Assembly (NCBI GenBank): GCA_030614005.1
Contig: JAUWKS010000057.1
Span: 1 to 20,675, forward strand
DNA: 20,675 nucleotides
From: Candidatus Heimdallarchaeota archaeon
Lineage (GTDB): Archaea > Asgardarchaeota > Heimdallarchaeia > JABLTI01
Reading direction: 5' to 3'
Positions within the stretch are counted from its first letter, which is position 1, and each line of letters opens with the position of its first letter. Positions 1 through 9,009 of this stretch are shown here, one piece after another. The notes beneath the pieces were generated by a model. The model did not search any database. It was not told where the DNA came from and saw only the letters and a list, made by a program, of their open reading frames with translations. The translations under genes and the position numbers were made by a program.

Positions 1-1
1 G

Positions 2-2014
2 GACAATCTCAAGATTTACTTCAATGGCTGAAAGATAGACTTTGTTTTCACTTACATCAAAACTTGTTAGAAATTCATCACAGCTGAAACTTCCTTCAAG
101 ATAAGGTGAGTTCCTATCCTCAAAATTGATGAAATAAAGACATTTTCCCCTATCTAACGCGTAAATAATATCATTACTAATTACAATCTCAGAAAGTCCA
201 TATTCTGTATAGGGAACTATTTGTGAGAATCTAAAAGTTTCAACTGGTATTAATGGATTTGTAATGTTAAATGCATATGTGTCATATCTTGTCGAAACGA
301 AGGCATAATTATCTGAGACATGAAGATTATAAATAGAAGTCGATAAATTAGTGGGTGTTTGAGCTATCTGAGAAAAATTTTGGGATTCACATAAATATAT
401 TGTCAAGTTTAAGTAATTTATTATATAAAGATAATTATCTTGAAAATCAAATTCGTAAAAGAATCCAAAATCTATTAGTTCAACCAATTCAAAATTAGTT
501 TTAGTGCTCAGATCATACACTCCGATAATTTCAGGAATAGAAATATGCTGTTTTTTATAGGAAGCAATTAAATAATCCCCACAGATTTGCATTGAAATGG
601 GTCCAAAGCCATTTGAGTCCGCTAAAATGCTCTCAGTCTGCAAAAGAACTGGATTTTTTAAATCAGAAAAATCAATAATATGAATATCCCCTTCTCCTGC
701 ATTTTGAGTATATACATAAGCTAATTCACTTCTGATTTGAACAAATATACAATGTTTTCCACTGAGAATTCTACTTCTAAATATTGGTTTATCAAAATTA
801 TTAATTTGATAGATTTCTAAGCCACTGTAACTATTGGCAATAAGAACAGTTTTGCCACTAATAGCAACATCATACCCGCGACCTGAAAGATAGTAAATTG
901 AAACAAATGTAGGATTTTGATGATCAAGAAGCGAATAAACTTCTATGCCTTTATCTCTATTAAAAAGAAAAAGGAAATTGCTTATTAGTTGTTGGATTTC
1001 ATAATCACCTGCATTATTATTTCTGGATATCAGAGTGATTTCTGTTGGATTATAAATATCAAAAACATGAATGCCAGTTTCTTGGTCAAGAACATATGCA
1101 AGAGATTCATCGATATCAATTTGATTGAAAATTTTTGTGTTATCCGTTGAATAATCAAGTAGAGTTGGATTGGATGGATCCGAACAATCAATAGCAAATA
1201 CTTGACCGCCTGTAGTAACAGTATAAGCAATATTTCCCGAAACAGAAATATCAGTAAAAGTGCCGTTAATATAGAAGGTTGAATTAAAAATTCCTAGTTG
1301 AACCGGAGCAGTAAAATCGGATATATCTACTATCTCAAATGAGTCATCATACATTAGATACACGTAATCATTTTCAAGATAGATATTTATTATACTAGCA
1401 GCGATTGTTCCATCATATTTGTTAAGATATTTTGGTGAAGATATAGTAGATATATCAAGTAGTACTAACGCACTCCTATCACATCCATATAAAATGTCAT
1501 CATTTATAATACAATCATGTAAATGGACAACATTGCTAATATGATCATTAAAAATTATCTGAGGTTTTATCAAATTAGAAAAGTCAATTATTGCTATTCC
1601 TGTAAATAAGAAATTAACAACTAGTAGATTGTTTATTGCAATTATACCGTTAAGATGATTTGGATAACCGAAATCGACTGTAGATATGTATTTAGGTTTT
1701 TTAGGATCCGAATAATCAAAAGCTAAAATACTAAAATCTGTCGAAATATAAGCTACTTTTTTATTAGAAAATTCTGCTGCAGAAAAATCCCAAATAGTCT
1801 CCCCGATGTTAGAATCATATTCATTCAATTTTGTACAATTTACTCCTGTGTATGAATTATCACCAAAATAGGAATCTGAATCGGGAGATGAAAGTACTGG
1901 TTTTAATGCTATTCCAGTAGCCGAAGGAATAATTGATGTATATAGAAAATTAGTAGCTATTAAACCAATAAGAAGAAGTGATAAAAATCTCTTAGTTGTA
2001 AGGATTTCTGTCAT
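2..2014 (-). CDS. LVIVD-repeat beta-propeller surface protein, paralogue 1 (3' end truncated by the window edge)
   Basis: I translated the minus strand by hand. It is open from ATG 2014 (MTEILTTKRFLSLLLIGLIATNFLYTSIIPS...) to the edge (...YLSAIEVNLEIV) with no stop. GGAGAG lies 10 nt upstream. It has an N-terminal hydrophobic segment and repeats such as FEIVDISDFTAP, IHIIDFSDLKNP and LVLLDISTISSP, and is collinear with 2179..4389. Confidence 0.9.
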   Translation of the reverse strand, partial: MTEILTTKRFLSLLLIGLIATNFLYTSIIPSATGIALKPVLSSPDSDSYFGDNSYTGVNCTKLNEYDSNIGETIWDFSAAEFSNKKVAYISTDFSILAFDYSDPKKPKYISTVDFGYPNHLNGIIAINNLLVVNFLFTGIAIIDFSNLIKPQIIFNDHISNVVHLHDCIINDDILYGCDRSALVLLDISTISSPKYLNKYDGTIAASIINIYLENDYVYLMYDDSFEIVDISDFTAPVQLGIFNSTFYINGTFTDISVSGNIAYTVTTGGQVFAIDCSDPSNPTLLDYSTDNTKIFNQIDIDESLAYVLDQETGIHVFDIYNPTEITLISRNNNAGDYEIQQLISNFLFLFNRDKGIEVYSLLDHQNPTFVSIYYLSGRGYDVAISGKTVLIANSYSGLEIYQINNFDKPIFRSRILSGKHCIFVQIRSELAYVYTQNAGEGDIHIIDFSDLKNPVLLQTESILADSNGFGPISMQICGDYLIASYKKQHISIPEIIGVYDLSTKTNFELVELIDFGFFYEFDFQDNYLYIINYLNLTIYLCESQNFSQIAQTPTNLSTSIYNLHVSDNYAFVSTRYDTYAFNITNPLIPVETFRFSQIVPYTEYGLSEIVISNDIIYALDRGKCLYFINFEDRNSPYLEGSFSCDEFLTSFDVSENKVYLSAIEVNLEIV
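1281..1385. repeat. 105-bp tract identical to 3653..3757 (shared between the two LVIVD paralogues)
   Basis: Direct base-by-base comparison from GAATTAAAAATTCCTAG to TTCAAGATAGATA showed no mismatch. Confidence 0.85.
1738..1865. repeat. 128-bp tract matching 4116..4243 with one mismatch (1801 C vs 4179 T)
   Basis: Direct base-by-base comparison. Confidence 0.85.
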
Positions 2015-2178
2015 ATTAGTTTACTCTCCATTTATGTTTCTACTGTGAGGAATCGTAGGAGATTGAAAATCAAATTCACCTATTCCTATTAGTCATTGGT
2101 CTTTTGAATATTAAACAATTTAGTATTTACATAAATAACCGTCAAAATCAAAAAATGATGATGGTCTTAAACAAGAGA

Positions 2179-4389
2179 TTAATATTCTACTTCTGTATCC
2201 GGGGTTTCGACAGATTTTGCTTTCTCAGAAGCTCTCCTAATTTTTCTTCTTCTTAGAATTAATGTCAATGCAGCTATACCAAAAACAAAACTACCAGTTA
2301 TAACTAAAATAATAATACCTCGTTGTATTATAAAACGAGTTAATTGGACAATCTCAAGATTTACTTCCAAGGCTGAAAGATAGACTTTATTTTCACTTAC
2401 AACAAAACTTGTTATGCTTTCATTACAGCTGAAGATTCCTTCAAGATATGGAGAGTTTCTATCCTCAAAATTGATGAAATAAAGATTACTTCCCCTACTA
2501 CCTGATACGTAATTCCTCTCTAATACGTAAATAATATCAGCACTAACTATTACCTCTTTATAACCACGTTTTGAATGGAGAGCTATTTGTGAGAATCTAA
2601 ATGTTTCAACAGGTGAAAATGGATTTGTTATATTAAATACATGTGTGTCAGATACTGTCGAAACGAAAGCAAAATTATCTGAAATATGAAAGTTATAAAT
2701 ATATGACACTAAATTTAGAGGTGTTTGAGATATAAGAGATAAATTATAAGGTTCGTATGAAAATATCGAAAAATTTTCGGAATCTATTAAGTAAAGATTA
2801 TTATTTTTATAAGCAAAATTAAAAAAGTATCCAAGTTCTATTTGTTCAACCAATTCAAAATTTGTTTTAGTAGACAAATCATACACTCTTAGAATTTTAG
2901 GAGAATACCAAGGAATCACTGAATAGGAAGCTATTAAGAAATCACCACAGACCTGAATGAAAAAAGGATCTCTTTTTAGATTATTTATTTCCACTAAAAT
3001 GCTCTCAGTCTGCAAAAGAACCGGATTTTCTAAATCAGAAAAGTCAACAATATGAACATTTGCTTCCCAGTCATTATCGCTATATACATAAGCTAATTCA
3101 CCTCTAATTTGAACAAATATGCAATGTTTTCCACTGAGAATTCTACTTCTAAATATTGGTTTATCAAAATTATTAATATGATAGATTTCTAAGCCGCTAA
3201 AACCATTGGCAATGAGTACCGTTTTGCCACTAATAGCAACATCATACCCGCAACCTGAAAGGAGGTAAATTGAAACAAATGTAGGATTTTGATGGTCAAG
3301 AAGCGAATAAATTTCTATGCCTTCATTTATATTAAAAAGAAAAAGGTAATCGCTTATTAGTTGTTGGGTTCTATAATTACCGGCATTATAATCTCTGGAT
3401 ATCAGAGTGATTTCTGTTGGATTGTAAATATCAAAAACATGAATACCAGTTTTTTGGTCAAGGACATATGCAAGAGATTCAACGATATTAATTTGATTGA
3501 AAATTGTTGTGTTATCCATTGAATAATCAAGTAGACTTGGATTGGATGGATCCGAACAATCAATAGCAAATACTTGACCACCTGTAGTAACAGTATAAGC
3601 AATATTTCCCGAAACAGAAATATCAGTAAAAGTGCCATTTATATTGTTGGTAGAATTAAAAATTCCTAGTTGAACCGGAGCAGTAAAATCGGATATATCT
3701 ACTATCTCAAATGAGTCATCATACATTAGATACACGTAATCATTTTCAAGATAGATACTTACTATACTAGTAAAATTAGTGATTGTCCCTTCATATTTGT
3801 TAAGATATTTTGGAGAAGATATAGTAGATATATCAAGTAGTATTAACGCATTCCAATCCCGCCCATATAAAATGTCATCTTTTATAATACAATCATCTAA
3901 ATTGCTAACATTACTAATTTGACCATTAAATATTATCTGAGGTTTTTTCAAATTTGAAAAGTCAATTATTGCTATTCCTGTATATGAGAAATCTACAATA
4001 AGTAGATTGTTTATTGCATCTATATTGTAAATATAATTTGAATAACCGAAATCGATTGTAGATATGTATTTAGGTTTATTATGATCCGAAAAATCAAAAG
4101 CTAAAATACTATTACCTGTCGAAATATAAGCTACTTTTTTATTAGAAAATTCTGCTGCAGAAAAATCCCAAATAGTCTTCCCGATGTTAGAATCATATTC
4201 ATTCAATTTTGTACAATTTACTCCTGTGTATGAATTATCACCATAGATGGAATCTGAATCGGGAGTTGAAAATACTTGTTTTAATGCTATACCAGTAATA
4301 GAAGGAATAATTGATGTATATAGAAAATTAGTTGCAAATAAAAGAATTAGAATGATAGAAAATTTCTTAGTTGATATAATTCTTATCAA
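2179..4389 (-). CDS. LVIVD-repeat beta-propeller surface protein, paralogue 2, with C-terminal TM helix and basic tail
   Basis: ORF track gives 2179..4566. It contains repeated L/I-x-I/V-V/I-D-x-S-x-P units and ends in GIIILVITGSFVFGIAALTLIL-RRRKIRR. The start is placed at TTG 4389 because GGAGAG..ACTAAT sits at the same spacing as before the paralogue's ATG; ATG 4413 is an alternative. Confidence 0.88.
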   Translation of the reverse strand: MIRIISTKKFSIILILLFATNFLYTSIIPSITGIALKQVFSTPDSDSIYGDNSYTGVNCTKLNEYDSNIGKTIWDFSAAEFSNKKVAYISTGNSILAFDFSDHNKPKYISTIDFGYSNYIYNIDAINNLLIVDFSYTGIAIIDFSNLKKPQIIFNGQISNVSNLDDCIIKDDILYGRDWNALILLDISTISSPKYLNKYEGTITNFTSIVSIYLENDYVYLMYDDSFEIVDISDFTAPVQLGIFNSTNNINGTFTDISVSGNIAYTVTTGGQVFAIDCSDPSNPSLLDYSMDNTTIFNQINIVESLAYVLDQKTGIHVFDIYNPTEITLISRDYNAGNYRTQQLISDYLFLFNINEGIEIYSLLDHQNPTFVSIYLLSGCGYDVAISGKTVLIANGFSGLEIYHINNFDKPIFRSRILSGKHCIFVQIRGELAYVYSDNDWEANVHIVDFSDLENPVLLQTESILVEINNLKRDPFFIQVCGDFLIASYSVIPWYSPKILRVYDLSTKTNFELVEQIELGYFFNFAYKNNNLYLIDSENFSIFSYEPYNLSLISQTPLNLVSYIYNFHISDNFAFVSTVSDTHVFNITNPFSPVETFRFSQIALHSKRGYKEVIVSADIIYVLERNYVSGSRGSNLYFINFEDRNSPYLEGIFSCNESITSFVVSENKVYLSALEVNLEIVQLTRFIIQRGIIILVITGSFVFGIAALTLILRRRKIRRASEKAKSVETPDTEVEY

Positions 4390-4568
4390 ATTAGTAATCC
4401 TCTCCTTTTTCATTTTGTTGTACCATATAAACAAAACCCACTTGAAAATGATAATCTTTATTTTATAAAAATTTACTGTTTTAGTATTTTTACTGAAATG
4501 TCCACCTAAACAAAAAATCTGAAGTAAAAACTTTTGAAAAAGAGAGTTAGGAGTGAACAACTTCAAAA

Positions 4569-5063
4569 TTATTGTTTGCTAAAACGATTATCGGCTACTG
4601 TCTTTTCAATATCTCTTTTTTCATACCAACCGTTTTTTGCTTCAGGATAAGAATCAAAATCGGTGATGTATGGCTTAATATCCAATAATGGTGTTTGATC
4701 CAACATATCTGCCCCTAAGAAGATAATCTCAATTACATTATTTTTTACATTTATTTCGAGTAATTGAACAACAGAAATACCAATAGGATTAGGTCTATTG
4801 GGTGCCCTAAAAGCAAACAATCCAATTTCGTTTGTACTGAGGAATGGTCTCATTTGTAGTTTTGGTTTTTTAGCTTTGTGAAAATGATAAAGCATTATAA
4901 TATGTGAGAATTCCTTTAATCCTTGTGTTGCTTTTAGATACTCTATCGGTATTATCGCTTTTCCTTTTTCTTTTGAAAATCTAGGTTGAATTGGCATTCC
5001 TTCTGATTTGTTAAATGATGTTCTGATAATTCCTATTGGTTTATATGATATTGTTTGTTCCAT
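4569..5063 (-). CDS. trmO: TrmO/TsaA-like tRNA t6A37 N6-methyltransferase (SAM-binding beta-barrel domain)
   Basis: Motifs YKPIGIIRT, GLKEFSHIIMLYHFH, GLFAFRAPNRPNPIGISVV and GADMLDQTPLLDIKPY. Likely start is ATG 5063 (MEQTISY); the ORF track extends to 5135. Confidence 0.88.
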   Translation of the reverse strand: MEQTISYKPIGIIRTSFNKSEGMPIQPRFSKEKGKAIIPIEYLKATQGLKEFSHIIMLYHFHKAKKPKLQMRPFLSTNEIGLFAFRAPNRPNPIGISVVQLLEINVKNNVIEIIFLGADMLDQTPLLDIKPYITDFDSYPEAKNGWYEKRDIEKTVADNRFSKQ

Positions 5064-5247
5064 AATACTATCCCTATCTAGCAGTGATTGATTTTTACTA
5101 TAAATTTTTTCAGTTAAGAATAATACCAAAATCAAACGAAATTTTTTCTCCGAGTTTTTTTTGTCGAAATATTAATTAAATTCATAATTTTTTCTCGAAA
5201 ATTTTATTATTTTGAGTTTATTATAATGAGTAAAAGAGGTAATCATT

Positions 5248-6057
5248 ATGGTTGACAGAGATTTTAAACCAATTGAAGGAAAATATGAACAAGTAAATGA
5301 CATTTCAATGTATTATGAAGAATATGGGTCTGGAGAACCACTGATTCTTATTCATGGTGGTTCGGGAACAGTACGTACGTGGGATAAACAAATACCATTT
5401 TTTTCCCAATATTTTCGTGTAATAGTTGTTGATTGCAGAGGTCAAGGAAAAAGCAGTAATCCAAAAGGTGATTTTCATTACAAAGAGATGGCAGAAGATT
5501 TTGTAATATTGATAGAGAAATTAGGATTAGAAAATCCAATAATCTTCGGTTGGAGTGATGGAGCACAAATAGCTTTAGAAATAGCAATAAAATATCCGAA
5601 TTTATTAAAAACAATTATTGCTGGTGGTGCACTTCTTGAATCTTCATTAGATTTAAAGGAAGGAATGAAATATATTGGAATTGAAGGACCTGGAAAAATT
5701 AATTTTGAACATTTAGAAAAAACTGTTCCTGGATTTGTTAAGATGCTCCAAGAAGTGCATTCATCTGTTTATGGAGAAAATTATTGGAAAACTTTACTGG
5801 AAAATATAACCAAAATGTGGTTCAACCCTGATGAATATCCTGGTGAAACAGTAAAAGAGATAATAATACCAACTTTGATTTTACAAGGAGATCGTGACGA
5901 ATACATTTCTCTCTCAGAAGCAACTACACTTCATAAATTAATTAAAAATAGTGAATTAGCGATAATACCAAATGCTACACATGAATGTTTTCTAAAACGA
6001 GCAGAATTATTCAACAATATTGCTCTTGATTTCTTATTAAGGCAACAAATAAAATAA
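5248..6057 (+). CDS. alpha/beta-fold hydrolase
   Basis: GSGEPLILIHGG, VDCRGQGKS, nucleophile elbow GWSDG, PTLILQGDRD (acid) and NATHE (His). GAGGT upstream of the ATG. Confidence 0.9.
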   Translation: MVDRDFKPIEGKYEQVNDISMYYEEYGSGEPLILIHGGSGTVRTWDKQIPFFSQYFRVIVVDCRGQGKSSNPKGDFHYKEMAEDFVILIEKLGLENPIIFGWSDGAQIALEIAIKYPNLLKTIIAGGALLESSLDLKEGMKYIGIEGPGKINFEHLEKTVPGFVKMLQEVHSSVYGENYWKTLLENITKMWFNPDEYPGETVKEIIIPTLILQGDRDEYISLSEATTLHKLIKNSELAIIPNATHECFLKRAELFNNIALDFLLRQQIK

Positions 6058-6075
6058 CCAAACGAAAATGACAGT

Positions 6076-6110
6076 AAAAAGAAAAGAAAATCTGTGGAAA
6101 TAATCCACAG
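6076..6110 (-). terminator. hairpin plus U-tract terminator for tldD-pmbA
   Basis: Perfect 7-bp stem CTGTGGA/TCCACAG (6092-6098 and 6104-6110) with a 5-nt loop, followed on the minus strand by TTTTCTTTTCTTTTT. It lies 13 nt after the pmbA stop. Confidence 0.6.
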
Positions 6111-6122
6111 GTGACATTCATA

Positions 6123-7466
6123 TTATCTACCACTAGCAAACTTAGTAGGGTTAAGAAGAACCATAGGTGATTTCATTCCACCCTCAATAAGAAGATCTTT
6201 TCCAACTAATTTGATATTTTTCATAATATCATAGACAGTTGTTCCAAGCATAGTATTTTTAACCGGGAATTTTATTTCACCTTTTTCTACCCAAAATCCA
6301 ACATCTACTTGTTGGCTGATGTTTGTACCAGCCATTGAAAATATTGGACTTTCCATATAAATTCCAGTACCAAGTTCTGCAAAAAGCTCATCTTTTGATG
6401 CAGTTCCAGGTTCAATTTGAATTTGTGTAAGGCTTGGTTTTGGAATTCCACCATATCCTTGTTTTGTTGCACTACCAGTATTTGGAATATCTAGTTTCTT
6501 GGATGTATAAACATCGCTGAGATAGGAAAGTAATGTTCCTTTATCTACAATAGTGATCTTTTGTGTTGCTGTACCTTCGTCATCGAAACAACGGCTGCTT
6601 GAGCCTGCAGTTTCAAGGGGATTATCAATAACGGTTAATTCCGGACTAGCAATTTCTTCTGCAAGTCTATCGTTAAAGAAAGCTGTTCCTTGAATAATAT
6701 TGTAAGCAGAAACACCTTTAGAGAGTATTCCACCAACAGTTTGACGAGTAGCTCTTTTGTCAATTAACAGAGGATATTTACCAGAATCAATTTTTTGTCC
6801 TCCAAGATTGTTAAGTGCTTTATCTGCGGCTTTATGACCTATTTCAGCTGGATCAATATCTTTGAGAGAACGAGCAAAACCATATTCATAGCCAACACCA
6901 ATATCATCGTCTTTGACTATTTTATTATTGATGTAAACAAGCATAACAGAACCTTCTGCTTCTGCAAGAACACCATTTGAATTGACTATAACTTTGCTGC
7001 CAACAGTCAGTCCAACACTTCCACTAACATTCAAAGTAGATTCTTTTTCTAGGGAAGCATTCAATGCTTGAATAGCTGTTTCAACTAGTTTATCACTACT
7101 AAGTGTGGCTAATTCTTTATTGTATAACCCTTTAACTTCAGGATAAGCAGATGCTTTTGATGCAAATCCAATATTGTCTGGGTTGGGACTAGACACTTTG
7201 GCTAAAGAAACAGCATCTTTGACCATTGCATCTAAGAGACTATCATCAAATTGAGTTGAAGTGCTTAAACCAATAGCTTTGTTAATTAAAACGCGCAAGC
7301 CAATACCAGTTTGACTTTTACTATTTGCTTTAACAATACTGGATTCTTCAAGATTGATTGATAGTTGTTTTCCTTGGATAAGGACCACTTCAGAATGTTC
7401 TGCACCAAGTTTTTGAGCCATTTTATTTACTTTTTCAGCAAGAGCTACGATAGTATTATCTGCCAT
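6123..7466 (-). CDS. pmbA: PmbA/TldE family protein (non-catalytic partner, no HExxH)
   Basis: GIGLRVL near the N-terminus, SSRCFDDEGTATQK, and GEIKFPVKNTMLG near the C-terminus. ATG 7466 (MADNT) follows GGAGG and sits immediately after the tldD stop. Confidence 0.88.
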   Translation of the reverse strand: MADNTIVALAEKVNKMAQKLGAEHSEVVLIQGKQLSINLEESSIVKANSKSQTGIGLRVLINKAIGLSTSTQFDDSLLDAMVKDAVSLAKVSSPNPDNIGFASKASAYPEVKGLYNKELATLSSDKLVETAIQALNASLEKESTLNVSGSVGLTVGSKVIVNSNGVLAEAEGSVMLVYINNKIVKDDDIGVGYEYGFARSLKDIDPAEIGHKAADKALNNLGGQKIDSGKYPLLIDKRATRQTVGGILSKGVSAYNIIQGTAFFNDRLAEEIASPELTVIDNPLETAGSSSRCFDDEGTATQKITIVDKGTLLSYLSDVYTSKKLDIPNTGSATKQGYGGIPKPSLTQIQIEPGTASKDELFAELGTGIYMESPIFSMAGTNISQQVDVGFWVEKGEIKFPVKNTMLGTTVYDIMKNIKLVGKDLLIEGGMKSPMVLLNPTKFASGR

Positions 7467-7467
7467 T

Positions 7468-8886
7468 TTATCTTCCTCCAACAACTAAATCTTTCACTGC
7501 AAGTGCAGGACCACTACCAGTAACAGGTATCCATTGACCACCTTTACCACAAGAACCGTTGAATGCAGCATGTTCTAGTTTTCCGACACCAATAGTATTA
7601 GATAAAACTTCCATAATCATACCACTCATAGAAACGTTTTGAGTGATTGCTTTTTGTTTGCCTTTTTCGATTATGTAACCATTTTGAGATGAGAACATAA
7701 ATTGTCCTTTAGCTGGATTAACATAGCCTCCATATGACTTTTCGAGGTACATTCCATCACCAATGATTTCAAATAATTCTTCAAGGCTCTTATCACTACC
7801 TTCGACATAGGTATTACCCATTCGGGCAAGTGGTGGAAAACGAAAGTCCATTGCTCTACCAGAGCCATTGGGTTTTTGACCAAGGATAGAAGCAGTTTCA
7901 AGTGTGTGGAAAAATTCTTTTAGAATACCTTTTTCAACCAATTTACGTGGAACGGCTTTTGTTCCTTCAGAATCATGAGCAAAAGAACCTCGTAAACCTG
8001 GAATAGTTGGATCATCGGTTATGTTAATCTCTTCAACACCAACTTTAGTATTCAATTTGTCATGAAGAATCGATCTTTTAGTAATAATGCCATCAGCCTC
8101 GCATGCATGCCCAAAGGCTTCATGAACGAATACTCCAACTAAGCTTGGATCCATAACTAAATTCATTTTACCACTAATAGGTTTATCAGCAGAAAGAAGC
8201 CCAATTGCTTTTGTACCAACTTCTTTACCTATTTCATCTACATTGAAAGCCATAATAGTCTTTATACCAATTGATGAAGCAATATTTTCTCCAACATTTT
8301 GTTGTAGATTTCCTTCTCGAGCAACAGCTCCTCCGGACAATCGAAAAACACCTGATTCTGTTGAAACATTTGTACCATTCGTTGAAATAATATCTTCAGA
8401 ATTAATTGTTTCTAAATAAATTGCTTGAGAAGTTGCTATTCTTTTATCTACTTCTCTGATGCTTTTTTCAAAATCCTGTGTGATTTTCATTTTCTCTTCA
8501 ATGGAAATATCCTTTGGATCAAGATCAAAACTTATTTTTGTTTCTCCTTGAGTTGAGAATTCAGGATTTATTTTCCGAGGCTCTTTAACCTTTTCTGAGG
8601 CAACTTTTGCCATCGATACTGCTGTTTTAAGACTTTTTGCAAGCGAATTCTTTGATATATCAGCAGTAGTTGCCAGACCCCATGCTCCTCCAACCAAAAC
8701 CCGTACTGCGGCTCCCCCCATTCTATTTGAGGTTACTTCTTCTGTAATTGCATTTTTAACAATCATATTCATTGATTCTGATTGTTGGAAACGAATATCA
8801 GCAAAACCGCCCGGACCAAGATCTATATCATCCAAAATTTTTCGGGCATAATCTTTCATAATAGTATCGTCATAACTTTTATACAT
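7468..8886 (-). CDS. tldD: TldD family metalloprotease
   Basis: HEAFGHACEAD zinc motif, FAHDSEG, GSGRAMDFRFPPLARMGNTY and SCGKGGQWIPV (conserved Cys). Confidence 0.92.
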   Translation of the reverse strand: MYKSYDDTIMKDYARKILDDIDLGPGGFADIRFQQSESMNMIVKNAITEEVTSNRMGGAAVRVLVGGAWGLATTADISKNSLAKSLKTAVSMAKVASEKVKEPRKINPEFSTQGETKISFDLDPKDISIEEKMKITQDFEKSIREVDKRIATSQAIYLETINSEDIISTNGTNVSTESGVFRLSGGAVAREGNLQQNVGENIASSIGIKTIMAFNVDEIGKEVGTKAIGLLSADKPISGKMNLVMDPSLVGVFVHEAFGHACEADGIITKRSILHDKLNTKVGVEEINITDDPTIPGLRGSFAHDSEGTKAVPRKLVEKGILKEFFHTLETASILGQKPNGSGRAMDFRFPPLARMGNTYVEGSDKSLEELFEIIGDGMYLEKSYGGYVNPAKGQFMFSSQNGYIIEKGKQKAITQNVSMSGMIMEVLSNTIGVGKLEHAAFNGSCGKGGQWIPVTGSGPALAVKDLVVGGR

Positions 8887-8987
8887 TAAAAAAGAATACC
8901 ACCAATAAATTAATTGAATATTAATCCATTTTTTTACTAAAATCCGAATACTGCACGATTAATTGAGTGGGTTTTTAATTTGCTTTC

Positions 8988-9000
8988 AAAAAAAAAAGAA
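8988..9000 (-). terminator. oligo-T archaeal-type terminator candidate
   Basis: A10 run at 8988-8997 (T10 on the minus strand) just downstream of the TAG at 9010. Confidence 0.4.
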
Positions 9001-9009
9001 ATTTAAGCC

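Noticed and set aside
1030-3638. Short ORFs 1030..1230 and 3402..3638 that resemble each other
   Set aside because: They are alternative-frame shadows inside the two LVIVD paralogues; their similarity only reflects the duplication.
2-4389. Diversity-generating retroelement (TR/VR pair). Several differences look adenine-directed (AAC/TTC, AAT/TAT, AAT/GAT, ATC/ACC).
   Set aside because: Both copies are full-length genes. Variation is spread over 2 kb and includes non-adenine and synonymous C/T changes (AAC/AAT, AGT/AGC, TAT/CTC) and indels. No reverse transcriptase is in the window, and A-involving changes are common at this AT content.
4390-4566. 59-codon N-terminal extension of LVIVD paralogue 2 in the ORF track
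   Set aside because: It is absent from the paralogue, low-complexity and AT-rich, and lies upstream of the conserved ribosome-binding context.
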